Positions 25,801 through 40,800 of a stretch of DNA of 64,000 nt are shown piece after piece. Numbering within the stretch: position 1 is the first letter of the stretch; every line of letters begins with the position of its first letter. The notes under the pieces were generated by a model. The model did no database searches, was not told the origin of the DNA, and saw nothing but the letters and a program-made list of their open reading frames with translations. The position numbers and the translations under genes are program-made. Source of the stretch: Hypanus sabinus (Eukaryota); the NCBI RefSeq assembly GCF_030144855.1, contig NC_082730.1, positions 14,942,001-15,006,000 on the forward strand. Direction: 5' to 3'.

Positions 25801-28800
25801 ATCTATCTATTTATTTGTTTGTTTGTTTATTTGTTTGTTTGTTTATTTATTTCATTTATTCATTGATTAAGATAAAGCGTGGAATGGACATTTCAAGCCC
25901 ATAGAGCTGTGCCACCCCGTAATCCCCCAAACTTAACCCCAGCCTAAACCTCCGACAATCAGCAATGCCCAATTAACCTACCAACTTCTCGGTCGTTCGA
26001 CTGTGGAAGGAAACTGGAGCACCTGAAAGAAACCCACACAAACATAGGGAGAGCATAGAAACTCCTTACACACAGAAGCAGGAATTAGCTTGGGAAAGCC
26101 TTGTGCTAACCATTAGACTACAATGCCACCCTTGTGACATTCTGGTGACATCTTTACCATCTCTCTTTACCCTCACCTCCACATCTTTTCTATCGCGTTG
26201 CAATCAGATTTACAAATTACTGTGTGTCGCAAAAGTGCCCTAACCAGGGTCTTTTGAATCTACAAAATGCCTTTTCAGCTTTAGTTTCCAGTATGGAAAA
26301 TGAAGAAGGAGAATGTGCTGAATGCTTTCATTTACATTATATCCACGAGGGTGCACTTTCAGTGAGCAATGGACTAGAACCCCAAGAACTCTCCTCATAT
26401 CAATTCAAAAGGGATCCAGACATTAAATTCCAGGTGATGTAAAACTCCCCAATGCACGAGCAGCATTTGACGCCTCAGGGCCTCTACTTGCAGGAGCTTA
26501 GAAGAATGAGCACGGAAAAGCTGCTGGTTGCGGAGAGGATGTTTCCTAAACTGTGGATCACTAGGACCAGAGGGCACAGACTCAGAAACAAAGAGAGATG
26601 AGGAGGAATTTATTTTGACAGAGACTGGCGAATCTGTGGAATTCATTACCACAGGCAGCTGTGGAGGCCAAATGGTTGGGTATATTGAAAGCAGATCTCG
26701 ACAGTTTTCTAGGATAACCACCAATGCTGTCTTTGCGAGTCAGGCTGTTGGGTGGCATTTAAACTGTGTCCTTGCTGCTGAGAGAGATTGTAACTCTGAT
26801 TTTCACGCAGATACATACTCAGTGTCGTTACTGCTGTCCTCATCTGGAGACCTGCTGTGTTCAGGGATAATGGCAGACAAGGCAGTTCAGTCAGGTACAA
26901 GGATGTAGAGACACAGAGAGGTAGAGGAGCTGTTGAGATTCCAGATGTGTGTGTCCTGGTTGAGATACAGAACTGCTGAAATTTTTAGTGTGTTTGATTT
27001 TCGTATGTTTTTTGGTTGTTTTCCACAGAACCCGTGTCTGTTCCATTACTTCGATTTTCACCACTAACAAGAGGCTCAAGTTGTGGGAACTATGTGTCAG
27101 CGTTCTGTGAGCCTGTGCATGGATCCCTTCCCATTCAGTACTCATGGTACGAAAAGACCCCATCTGGGGATTCAAAGATCTCTGATACCTTTAAACTGGA
27201 TCTACATTGTCAATCCTTAAAAGACAATAACTATCTGTATTATTGCAATGTCTCAAATGCGAATGGAACAAAGTCCAGTGAAATGATCAGAATGTCCACC
27301 TCCAACAATGTTAGGAACTGCAGATATGTGATTGAAGTCAACAGAATGGGTAAGTAGTGCAGAGATTGATTCGTTTTGATGGTCAATGGAGTACAACTGA
27401 ATGACTGATGTGTACTGGATATTGTATTATTGGAACACAATATCCAATACATATGGCTTAGATGGTAAGGGGCTCCTGCTGCTTCGATACGCACCTGTTC
27501 CTGGGACTCGCTGCCTTGATTTGGCCCATACCTGTCCTTTACTTTCCGGCCTGAAGTTTAAATCAGTCAGACTATCTCTTCTTCCACCCTTTCATTCTAC
27601 CATCTGTTTTGGTCTGATGAAGGATGTTCTTGTTATGAAAGGATGCCAGCAAAGGATCAGCAGACTGATTTCTGGGATGTCATGAGTGACACAGAACAGA
27701 GCACCGGTTGATTAGGTTTTTATTTGCTGGTGTTCAGCAGGCTGAAAGGTGATCTCAGAGAAACCTGCAATATTTTACCAGGCTGATACAAGTGCAGTTA
27801 GGACACTTGCATTACCCAGGAATTCTGGATTGTCAAGAGAATCCCAGCTCCAAGAGGATCACAAACTTGTTCTTAGATTTGGAGTCTAGCATGCCTCAAT
27901 AACCTGTAAATGTATGTTGGCTGGAGTGAGGGCTTTATGCATTGGCTCTTTGTAGGGTCACCCATGCCTAAATAGGTCAAAGTGCAGAGGCCAGTCTCAG
28001 AGTGATCCACCACTCCTCCAGGTTTGGGGGTTTAGCTTAGGACTAATAAACCTGAGTGGTAAAACAAAATGGTTATGGAAACAGGAATGAAGAATCCTTC
28101 TACTTCAGTGATTTATGGTATTGCTCTGTCTCGATTCGGGACGTGCATGACTGTCAGCAGTGAAGACCAAGAGGAATCTACTGACATGATGAAGGAAGCC
28201 CTGAACACCGCCAGAGATAGAGAACCCTCACTGCCGCCCTAAAGGCCTGTGGTGTAATGGGCAGTAAGTAAGTAAGCATGGAGGATCAGAAATTATCTGA
28301 ATGGTGAGACACTTAGGTCAGGGATTAGGAAACATTTCTTCTCCCTGTATTCAAGAAAGGTAGAGTTATTTTTCTCACAGGTAGACAGATCAAGAGATAT
28401 GGGAAACAAAAGACTTGCCTTTTCATTGAAAATGTCTCCTGCATTATCCTGTTGGACAAAAAGTGTACTTGAACCATTATCTCCCTGAATACTCAAGTAC
28501 AGCTATGACCACCTCTGCAGAGAGTGTTGGGGCCCTAGAAGGAGATTTCCCGATGCTGGCTCAGGCCATCTCCCTGGCTGGTCCTTTCACTAATTAGACA
28601 GAATTACAGTCTCCTCATTCTAAGAACTTTAACTTCTCCAGATGCATCTCTACAACATCAATTTCTGAGTACGGGGAAGAATCTAAGGCGTCAGCAAATG
28701 TAATTGGGTGAACTGTAGAACAGCAATAATAAATGTAATTGGGTGTACAGTAGAATCAACAGTGATCAGGGCCCAATTCCAGCCACTGTCTGCAAGTTGT

Positions 28801-31800
28801 TTGAAAGTTCTCCCAGTGACTGCAGGTGTTTTCTTCGGGTGCTGTGCTTTCCTCTAGCATTACAGAGATGCACAGGTTAGCTTTGGTAAGTCATAGGCAA
28901 GCTGTTATTGCACTGGAAGCATGGAACACTTGCAGGCCCAGTAAGTGCCCCCCAGCACTTATTCTGTGATGGTCATTGTAAATGATGAATTTCACTGAGT
29001 GTTCTGATGTACATATAACGAAAAAAAGTTATCTTTAATATTTTATTTTGCAGTAAGTATTGATCACTTTTGGTCCACCATGCTCAGGTACCTATTGGTC
29101 TAACAATTGTGCTCTTTTGTTCCTCTAAATACAAAGCAGACAAAATTGAATTTTATTTTCTTTTAACAGGGAAAATTAATTTCTGTGAAAACACTGTGAC
29201 AGAATCGATGACAACTGCACCAAGGGAAAAAACTACTTCACCTGAAATGTAAAGTATAAGATTCTCTCTGCAGGTGGTTTCAATGTTACTGCTTGAAAAT
29301 AGAGCCAGTTGGGAGAAAAATATGTTTCTCTTTAACTGGTGTTAAACATATTTGACAGGATTAACATTGATGAATCATGTATTGAAAATGGAGTATTCCT
29401 GATTTTCTTACATATGCATCAAGCCTGAGATCAAAGATAAATTTCTTTTTCCAAATATTAAAAAATTTATATATCGAAGTTGAAGCTCATGTTCTGAGTC
29501 ATAAAGTGCTTGTTGTATGTTAGAACAACTGGCCCATCAGCCTGACTCATCCAAGTCAACCAAGATGTTCATGTCGTTCAGCACATTTAATTTTATTTAT
29601 TCCATACCCTCCTCTGCCAGGGATTCACAACCTAGGATCAAGTTGAGTCAAGTGAAGTCAAGTTTATTGTCATATAACTATAGAATGCATTCCATCAAAT
29701 GAGACAAAGTTACTCCAAAGAAGGGTGTAACGCACATAGCACATAGTAACATATGAAAGTAAGGATGAAATCTACAATTGGATTACACATAAATAAACAA
29801 ACAAAGGTGCATAAATTAAGTATTAAAAGGAACAGGACAGATTAACCAGTGACACTGACTTTATCGACTCCTTAGTTGCACATGGCATAAAACGTTTGTA
29901 GACCCCTGTTCTAAGCCTTTCCCGCTTATGTATCTGTCAAAATGTCTTTTGAATGTTGTAAATGTATCCCCTTTAATGGATTTCAATGGCAGATCGTTGC
30001 ATACACCTGAGACCCTATGTGTATAACATTGCTTCTTAGGTACTTTCCCAGCTAAACGGAAGCCTGCACCTGCTTGCTTTACCGTACCCTTCCCTTGTAA
30101 AAAGACAGTGATCGTTCACCTTATCAATGCCCCTCATGATTTTATATACCTCTAATAAATGTCCCGTCAATATTCTAAGCTCCAGGGCAAAAATCACTAT
30201 CAATCCAACCCTCCATTGTGACTCTAGCCCTCCATCTCAGGAATGTCCTCATGATTGTTCTGCTCCACACTTTCCAGTCTCATGATATCTTTCCAGTAAC
30301 CAGAAGACCACAACTGCACATGCTATTTGAAGAGTGGTCTCACTAACAGCTTGTACAGACATAACATAACATAACAATCTTGTACAGAGTGCCCAAACAA
30401 AATAAATGTCCCAAATGGCATCTTCATCATCCTGCCTACCTGTTTCATCACTTTCTGGTAACAATGTCCCTGGAGGACTAGATCACTTTTTTGCAACATT
30501 CTCCATAGCTTCCTCCTACTGTTTACTGTACATGTCTTGCACTGTTTTAACTTGCCAAAATGCAAAACCTCCAATTTGAAAAACCCCACGGCAATCCACT
30601 TACTCATCCCACCAAGCCAATGTTATATTCAATTTGTTTGCTCAGCCTGAACATTTGGGTTGTTATCAAAGTTAAGTTTCAGATAGACAACATCCACTGC
30701 CCTGTCCAGATGAATAGTAATGAGCTCAGTCTGTAATGAACTTATATGATTGTCAAACTGCTTGCCCTGGGGCGTTCGCTGCAGGACTTCTTCTGGGTCT
30801 GTTGAAGATGTTCCACAGTCCAGATGAGAAAAAAATTTGATAAGACATTAGCAAGAGCGCCACAATCAATGTGGAAACCGGTGTGGGATTTGTGGGGAGT
30901 TGACTTTTGTAGGAGAGCTGGTTTTAAGCAGTCATAGCGTTTCCTTTATTAGATCCTTCAACTGCGAGTGCAGTGAGATCAGCTTTTCCCCATATCCTAA
31001 TTGGTACACAGAAGTGTTCATACATACATAATTATACTTCTTCGATCTTTTTAATAATTTATATTTTTTATTGATTTTAATGCCTTTCAGTGACTTGGTA
31101 AAGCACCCAATCTAACTGAAGACCCAACTTCCACTGACATGCTTTCTTCCTATGGGGCAGGAATTACTAAACTCTGAAAGCATGAACTACAAACTTCAAG
31201 GACAGCTTCTTTCTCACTGTTATAAAACTATCGGATGGTCTCCCAGTATAATAAAATGGGCTCTTGATCTTCTAATCTCCCTGGGCTTGCACCTTACAAG
31301 AACATCCTTTCATTTTACTTATTTAAAGATTTGGCCCAGAATAGGCCATCCTGGCCCTTCAAGCCACACTGCCCCTTTATAATCATGTTGACTATCCAAA
31401 ATCAGATCTTGCCTTTGCAAATTCAGGTAGAACCTGTCTCAGAGAATTGCTTCTGGTAATTTACCCACCACAGATCTTTTGCTCACCAGCCTGGAATGGG
31501 ATTGGAGCAGTAATCTGTTGATTCAGAATTTTGGAAACACACTGAGACATCACTGGGCAGTGATAACGATGACTCCAATCAAATAAAAATCATTACTTGT
31601 GAACAGCTCTGAGGACATGATGAGGGACGATGCTGTTCTCTTTCCAGTCAATGTGCAATTCAATTACATCAATTGACATTGTTGTAGATTCCTTAGAACA
31701 CATTATTATTGCTTTCTTTATCATTTGTTTTTTTTTCTGTTCTGCTTCAGATCTAGAGGAACAATGATTTTGTTCTCCTTTACAATTGTATACAGGAAAT

Positions 31801-34800
31801 GACATTAAGTAATCTTGAATCTGCTTGTGTAAATTTGATTTTACCTGTCCGTTTTCAGAAGAATTTCTTCCTCAGTTTCGGGTGACTTATGGGCAGAAGA
31901 TAAAGTAAGAGGAGTTGTGGGAAGAGCGATCAGAATCGATTGTCACTATGCACCAATATACCGTTCACACACAAAGTATTTCTGCCGCATGCAGAGTCAC
32001 CAGTGCACATCCTTAGTGAATACAAATGGGCAAACTGAGCAGACTGGAAGAATGACAATCAGAGATAAGACATCCCAAGGAATATTTACTGTTACAATGG
32101 AGAATCTTGTCTTTCAAGATACAGGAGTTTACAGATGTGGAATTGCAACATCTGGCAAGACTCTGGTGTTTGATGTGCAGCTACAAGTATATGACGGTAG
32201 GTTTCTCATTGATTACCTTTATGTCTCCAGTGAAACGTCTGATGCATATTTGTTCCAGGAAGTGCCAGGGAAGCATGGATATCCTGAGGCTCCTCAGCAG
32301 TGCAGACGCTGTGGGGAGTGGGCAAGGGTCGGGGAACCCCACATGTTGTCCGTCCACTGAGTGGCCAACAATTTCCACTGGAAAGCTCAGCACATTTTCC
32401 TGCCATCTTATAGCACGTGGTCCACATCCCTCAAATCCCTCATTTTCATATCCTCGTCCAAAAGCTTCTTAAATATAGTTATGATATCCCTTTCTACCAG
32501 CTCATCTGACTGTGAGTTCCATGCAGTCAGCACCATCACTGTAAATATAACTCATCTTGCAAACATTCTTTAAACGTTCCACCTATTGCCTTCAAACTAT
32601 GCTCACTATTATTTGATATTTCAACCCAGGGAAAAGATTCTGACCAACTTCCCTACTGTGACTTCTGTAACTTTAAAAACCTCCATCAGGCCTCTCCTCA
32701 GCCTACTATACTGCAGCAAAAACAATCCAAGTTGATCAAACTTCTCCCTGTAGCTTCAATCCGGGTAACATTTACCCGTCTATTTATTTATTTATCTATC
32801 TATCTATCTATCTATCTACCTACCTATCTATCTATCTATCTATCTATTTATTTATTTATCTTTCTATTTATCTATTTCATTTATTCATTGATTAAGATAA
32901 AGCGGGGAATAGACATTTCAAGCACACAGAGCTGTGCCACCCCGTAATCCCCCAAATTAACCCCAGCCTAAACCTCCGACAATCAGCAATGTCCAATTAA
33001 CCTACCAACTTCTCGGTCGTTTGACTGTGGAAGGAAACTGGAGAACCTGAAAGAAACCCACACAAACATAGGGAGAGCATAGAAACTCCTTACACACAGA
33101 AGCAGGAATTAGCTTGGGAAAGCCTTGTGCTAACCATTAGACTACAATGCCACCCTTGTGACATTCTGGTGACATCTTTACCATCACTCTTTACCCTCAA
33201 CTCCACATCTTTTCTATCGCGTTGCAATCAGATTTACAAATTACTGTGTGTCACAAAAGTGCCCTAACCAGGGTCTTTTGAATCTACAAAATGCCTTTTC
33301 AGCTTTAGTTTCCAGTATGGAAAATGAAAAAGGAGAATGTGCTGAATGCTTTCATTACCATTATATCCACGAGGGTGCACTTTCAGTGAGCAATGGACTA
33401 CAACCCCAAGAACACTCCTCATATCAATTCAAAAGGGATCCAGATATTAAATTCCAGGTGATGTAAATCTCCCCAATGCACGAGCAGCATTTGACGCCTC
33501 AGGGCCTCTACTTGCAGGAGCTTAGAAGAATGAGCACAGAAAAGCTGCTGGTTGCGGAGAAGATGTTTCCTAAACTGTGGATCACAAGGACCAGAGGGCA
33601 CAGACTCAGAAACAAAGAGAGATGAGGAGGAATTTATTTTGACAGAGACTGGTGAATCTGTGGAATTCATTGCCGCAGGCAGCTGTAGAGGCCAAATTGT
33701 TGGGTATATTGAAAGCAGAACTCGATAGTTTTCTAGGATAACCACCAATGCTGCCTTTGCGAGTCAGGCTGTTGGATGCCATTCGGACTGTCACCTTGCT
33801 GCTGAGAGAGATTGTTACTCTGATTTTCACGCAGATACATACTCAGTGTCATTACTGCTGTCCTGATCTGGAGACCTGCTGTGTTCAGGGATAATGGCAG
33901 ACAAGGCAGTTCAGTCAGGTACAAGGATGCAGAGACACAGAGAGGTAGAGGAGCTGCTGAGATTCCAGATGTGTGGGTCCTGGTTGAGATACAGAACTGC
34001 TGAAATTTTTAGTATGTTTGATTTTCGTATGTTTTTTGGTTGTTTTCCACAGAACCTGTGTCTGTTCCATTACTTCGATTTTCACCACTAACAAGAGGCT
34101 CAAGTTGTGGGAACTATGTGTCAGCGTTCTGTGAGCCTGTGCATGGATCCCTTCCCATTCAGTACTCATGGTACGAAAAGACCCCATCTGGGGATTCAAA
34201 GATCTCTGATACCAATAAACTGGATCTACATTGTCAATCCTTAAAACACAATAACTATCTGTATTATTGCAATGTCTCAAATGGGAATGGAACAAAGTCC
34301 AGTGAAATGATCAGAATGTCCACCTCCAACAATGTCAGGAACTGCAGATATGTGATTGAAGTCAACAGAATGGGTAAGTAGTGCAGAGTTTGATTCGTTT
34401 TGATGGTCAATGGAGTACAACTGAATGACTGATGTGTACTGGATATTGAATTGTTGGAACACAATATCCAATACATATGGCTTAGATGGTAAGGGGTTCC
34501 TGCTGCTTCGATACGCACCTGTGCCTGGGACTCGCTGCCTTGATTTGGCACATACCTGTCCTTTACATTCTGGCCCGAAGTTTAAATCAGTCAGACTATC
34601 TCTTCTTCCTCCCTCTCATTCTACCAACTGGTTTGGTCTGATGAAAGATGTTCTTGTTCTGGAAGGAAGCCAGCAAAGGATCAGCAGACTGATTTCTGGG
34701 ATGTCATGAGTGACACAGAACAGAGATGCGGTTGATTAGGTTTTTATTTGCTGGTGTTCAGCAGGCTGAAAGGTGATCTCAGAGAAACTTGCAATATTTT

Positions 34801-37800
34801 ACCAGGCTGATACAAACACAGTTAGGACACTTCCAATACCAGGGAATTCTGGATAGTCAAGAGAATCCCAGCTCCAAGAGGATCACAAACTTGTTCTTAG
34901 ATTTGGAGTCTTGCATGCCTCAATAACCTGTAAATGTATGTTGGCTGGAGTGAGGGCTTTATGCATTGGCTCTTTGTAGGGTCACCCATGCCTAAATAGG
35001 TCAAAGTGCAGAGGCCAGACTCAGAGTGATCCACCACTCCTCCAGGTTCGGGGGTTTAGCTCAGGACTAATAAACCTGTGTGGTAAAACATAATGGTTAT
35101 GGAAACAGGGATGTAGAATCCTTTTACTTCAGTGATTTATGGTATTGCTCCATCTCGATTCGGGACGTGCATGACTGTCAGCAGTGAAGACCAAGAGGAA
35201 TCTACTGACATGTTGAGGGAAGCCCTGAACAACTCCAGAGATGGAAAACCTGCACTTTTTCCCTCAAGCCCAGTGGTATAATCGGCAGTAAGTAACTAAG
35301 CATGGAGGATTAGAAATTATCTGAATTGTTAGACACTTAAGAAAGGGATTAGGAAACATTTCTTCTCCCAGAATGTGTTGAATCAGTATTCAAGACAGAT
35401 GGAGTTATTTTTCTCAGAGGTAGACGGATCAAGAGATCTGGGAAACAAAAGACTTGCCTTTTCATTGAAAATGTCCCCTGCATTATCCTGTTGGACAAAA
35501 AGTGTACTTGAACCATTATCTCCCTGAATACTCAAGTACAGCTATGACCACATCTGCAGAGAGTGTTGAGGAACGCAAAGGAGATTTCCGGATGCTGGCT
35601 GAGGCCATCTCCCTGGCTGGACCCTTCCCTAATTAGACAGAATTAGAGTCTCCTCATTCCAAGACCTTTAACTTCTCCAGATGCATCTCCACAACATCAG
35701 TTTCTGAGTATGGGGAAGAATCTAAGGCGTCTGTAAATGTAATTGGGTGCACAGTAGAACAGCAATTAGTGATCAGTGATCATGGCCCAATTCCAGCCAC
35801 TGTCTGCAAGTTGTTTGTAAGTTCTCCCAGTGACTGCAGGTGTTTTCTTCGGGTGCCGTGATTTCCTTCAGCATTACAGAGACACACAGGTTAGCTTTGG
35901 TAAGTCATAGGCAAGCTGTTCTGGCACTGGAAGCATGGAACACTTGCAGGCTGCCCCCAGCACTTATTTTGTGATGATCATTGTAAATGATGAATTTCAC
36001 TGAGTGTTCTGATGTACATATAGCGAGAAAAGTTTATCTTTAATATTTTAATGTGCATTAAGTATTGAACACCTTTGGACAACCATGCTCAGGTACCTAT
36101 TGGTCTAACAATTGTGCTCTTTTGTTCCTCTAAATACAAAGCAGACAAAATTGAATTTCATTTTCTTTTAACAGGGAAAATTCATTTATGTGAAAACACA
36201 GTGACAGAATCGATGACAACTGCACAAAGAGCAAAAACAACTTCACCTGCAATGTAAAGTATAAGTTCCTCTCTACAGGTGGTTTCAATGTTACTGCTTG
36301 AATATAGAGCCAGTTGGGAGAAAAATATGTTTCTCTTTAACTGGTGTTAAACATAATAGACAGGATTAACGTTGATGAAATGATGTATTGGTAACTGAGT
36401 ATTCCTAATTTTCTTGCATATGCATCAATCCTGAGATCAAAGATAAATTTCTTTTTCCAAATATTTAAAAATTGAAATATCGCAGTTGAAGCTCATGTTC
36501 TGAGTCATAAAGTGCTTGTTGTGTGTTAGAACAACTGGCCCATCAGCCTGACACATCCAAATCAACCAAAATGTTCATGTAGTTCAGCACATTGAATTTT
36601 ATTTATTCCATACCCTCCTCTGCCAGGGATTCCCAACCTAGGATCAAGTTGACTCGAGTGAAGTCAAGTTTATTGTCATATAACTGTAGAATGCATACCA
36701 TCAAATGAGACAATGTTTCTCCAAACAAAGGTGTAACACACATAGCACTTAGTAACATATGAAAGTAAGGATGAAATCTACAATTGGATTACACATAAAT
36801 AAACAAAGGTGCATAAATTAAGTATTAAAAGGAACAGGACAGATTAACCAGTGACACTGACTTCATGGACTCCTTAGTTGCACATGGCATAAAAAGTTTG
36901 AAAACCCGTGTTCTAAGCCTTTGTTGCTCATGTATCTGTCAAAATGTCTTTCGAATGTTGTAAATGTATCCCCTTCTTTGGATTGCTATGGCAGATTGTT
37001 GCATACACCTGAGACCCTATGTGTATAACATTGCTTCTTAGGTACTTACCCAACTAAACGGAAGCCTGCACCTGCTTGCTTTACCATACCCTCCCCTTGT
37101 AAAAAGACAGTGATCATTCACCTTATCGATGCCCCTCATGATTTTATATACCTCTAATAAATGTCCCGTCAATATTCTAAGCTCCAGGGCAAAAATCACT
37201 GTCAATCCAACCCTCCACTGTGACTCTAGCCCTCCATCTCAGGAATGTCCTCATGATTTTTCTGCTCCACACTTTCCAGTCTCATGATATCATTCCAGTA
37301 ACCTGAAGACCACAACTGCACATGCTATTTGAAGAGTGGTCTCACTAACAGCTTGTACAGACATAACATAACATAACAATCTTGTACAGAGTGCACAAAC
37401 AAAATAAGTGTTCCAAATGGCTTCTTCATCATCCTGTCTACCTGTTTCATCACTTTCCGGAAACAATGTCCCTGGATGACTAGATCACTTTTTTGCAACA
37501 TTCTCCGTAGCTTCCTCCTACTATTTACTGTACATGTCTTGAACTGTTTCAACTTGCCAAAATGCAAAACCTCCAATTTGAAAAAGCCCACGGCAATCCA
37601 CTAACTCTTCCCACCAAGCCAATATTATATTCAATTTGTTTGCTCAGCCTGAACATTTGGGTCGTTATCAAAGGCCTTGCTAAGTCTCAGATAGACAACA
37701 TCCACTGCCCTTTCCTCATGAATCTGCTCAGTCTGTAATGAGCTCATGTGATTGTCAAACTGCTTGCCCTGGGGCATTCACTGCAGGACTTCTTCTGGGT

Positions 37801-40800
37801 CTGTTGAAGATGTTCCACAGTCCAGATGAGAAAAAATTTTGACATGATATTAGCAACAGTGCAACAATGAATGTGGAAACTGGTGTGGGATTTGGGGGAA
37901 GTTGACTTTTGTAGGAGAGCTGGTTTTAAGCAGATACAGTGTTTCCTTTATTAGATCCTTCAATGGTGAGTGCAGCGAGATCTGTAGATATTAACTCAGC
38001 TTCTCCCCATATGCTGATTGGTAAACACAAGTGTTCATACATACATAATTATACTTTTTGGATTTTTTTAATAATTTATATTTTTTATTGATTTTAATGG
38101 CTTTCAGTGACTTGGTAAAGCACCCAATCTAACTGAAGACCCAACTTCCATTGACATGCTTTCTTGCTCTCCCCTCCTATTGGGCAGATATTACTGAAGT
38201 CTGAAAGCATGTACTACAAACTTCAAGGACAGCTTCTTTCTCACTGTTATAAAACTACCGGATGGTCTCCCATTATAATAAAATGGGCTTTTGATCTTCT
38301 AATCTACCTGGGCTTGCAACTTACAAGAACATCCTTTCTTTTTATTTATTGAAAGATTTGGTCCAGAAAAGGCCATTCTGGCCCTTCAAGCCACACTGCC
38401 CCTTTAAAATCATGTTGACTATCCAAAATCAGATCTTGCCTTTGCATATTCAGGTAGAACCTGTCTCAGAGAATTGCTTCTGGTAATTTACCCACCACAG
38501 ATCTTTTGCTCACTAGCCTGGAAAGGGATTAGTTCAGTAATCTGTTGATTCAGAATTTTGGAAACACACTGAGACATCACTGGGCAGTGATAACGATGAC
38601 TCCAATCAAATAAAAATCGTTACTTGTTCTGAGGACATGATGAGGGACGATGCTGTTCTCTTTCCAGTCAATGTGGAATTCAATTACATCAATTGACATT
38701 GTGGTAGATTCCTTAGAACACATTATTTTTGCTTTCTTTATCATTTGTTTTTTTCTGTTTTGCTTCGGATCTAGAGGAACAATGATTTTGTTCTCCTTTA
38801 CAATTGTGTACAGGAAATGACATTAAGTAATCTTGAATCTGCTTGTGTAAATTTGATTTTAACCATCCATTTTCAGAAGAATTTCTCCCTCAGTTTCGAG
38901 TGATTTATGGGCAGATGATAAAGTAAGAGGAGTTGTGGGAAGAGCGATCAGAATCGATTGTCACTATGCACCAATGTACCGTTCACACACAAAGTATTTC
39001 TGCCGCATAAGGAGTCACCAGTGCACATCCTTAGTGAATACAAATGGGCAAACTGAGCAGACTGGAAGAATGACAATCAGAGATAAGACATCCCAAGGAA
39101 TATTTACTGTTACAATGGAGAATCTTGTCTTTCAAGATACAGGAGTTTACAGATGTGGAATTTCAACATCTGGCAAGACTCTGGTGATTGATGTGCAGCT
39201 ACAAGTATATGACGGTAGGTTTCTCATTGATTACCTTTATGTCTCCAGTGAAATGTCTGATGCATATTTGTTCCAGTACGTGCCAGGGAAGCATGGATAT
39301 CCTGAGGCTCCTCAGCAGTGCAGACGCTGTGGGGAGTGGGCAAGGGTCGGGGAACCCCACATGTTGTCCGTCCACTGACTGGCCAACAATTTCCACTGGA
39401 AGGCTCAGCACACTTTCCTGCCGTCTTATAGCACGTGGTCCACATCCCTCAAATCCCTCATTTTCATATCCTCGTCCAAAAGCTTCTTAAATATAGTTAC
39501 GATATCCCTTTCTACCAGCTCATCTGACTGTGAGTTCCATGCAGTCAGCACCATCACTGTAAATATAACTCATCTTGCAAACATTCTTTAAACGTTCCAC
39601 CTATTGCCTTCAAACTATGCTCACTATTATTTGATATTTCAACCCAGGGAAAAGATTCTGACCAACTTCCCTACTGAGACTTCTGTAACTTTAAAAACCT
39701 CCATCAGGCCTCTCCTCAGCCTACTATACTGCAGCAAAAACAATCCAAGTTGATCAAACTTCTCCCTGTAGTTTCAATCCGGGTAACATTTAGTCATTTA
39801 TTTATTTATCTATCTATCTATTTATTTGTTTGTTTGTTTATTTATTTCATTTATTCATTGATTAAGATAAAGCGTGGAATGGACATTTCAAGCCCATAGA
39901 GCTGTGCCACCCCGTAATCCCCCAAACTTAACCCCAGCCTAAACCTCCGACAATCAGCAATGCCCAATTAACCTACCAACTTCTCGGTCGTTCGACTGTG
40001 GAAGGAAACTGGAGCACCTGAAAGAAACCCACACAAACATAGGGAGAGCATAGAAACTCCTTACACACAGAAGCAGGAATTAGCTTGGGAAAGCCTTGTG
40101 CTAACCATTAGACTACAATGCCACCCTTGTGACATTCTGGTGACATCTTTACCATCTCTCTTTACCCTCACCTCCACATCTTTTCTATCGCGTTGCAATC
40201 AGATTTACAAATTACTGTGTGTCGCAAAAGTGCCCTAACCAGGGTCTTTTGAATCTACAAAATGCCTTTTCAGCTTTAGTTTCCAGTATGGAAAATGAAG
40301 AAGGAGAATGTGCTGAATGCTTTCATTTACATTATATCCACGAGGGTGCACTTTCAGTGAGCAATGGACTAGAACCCCAAGAACTCTCCTCATATCAATT
40401 CAAAAGGGATCCAGACATTAAATTCCAGGCGATGTAAAACTCCCCAATGCACGAGCAGCATTTGACGCCTCAGGGCCTCTACTTGCAGGAGCTTAGAAGA
40501 ATGAGCACGGAAAAGCTGCTGGTTGCGGAGAGGATGTTTCCTAAACTGTGGATCACTAGGACCAGAGGGCACAGACTCAGAAACAAAGAGAGATGAGGAG
40601 GAATTTATTTTGACAGAGACTGGCGAATCTGTGGAATTCATTGCCACAGGCAGCTGTGGAGGCCAAATGGTTGGGTATATTTAAAGCAGAACTCGACAGT
40701 TTTCTAGGATAACCACCAATGCTGTCTTTGCGAGTCAGGCTGTTGGGTGGCATTTAAACTGTGTCCTTGCTGCTGAGAGAGATTGTAACTCTGATTTTCA

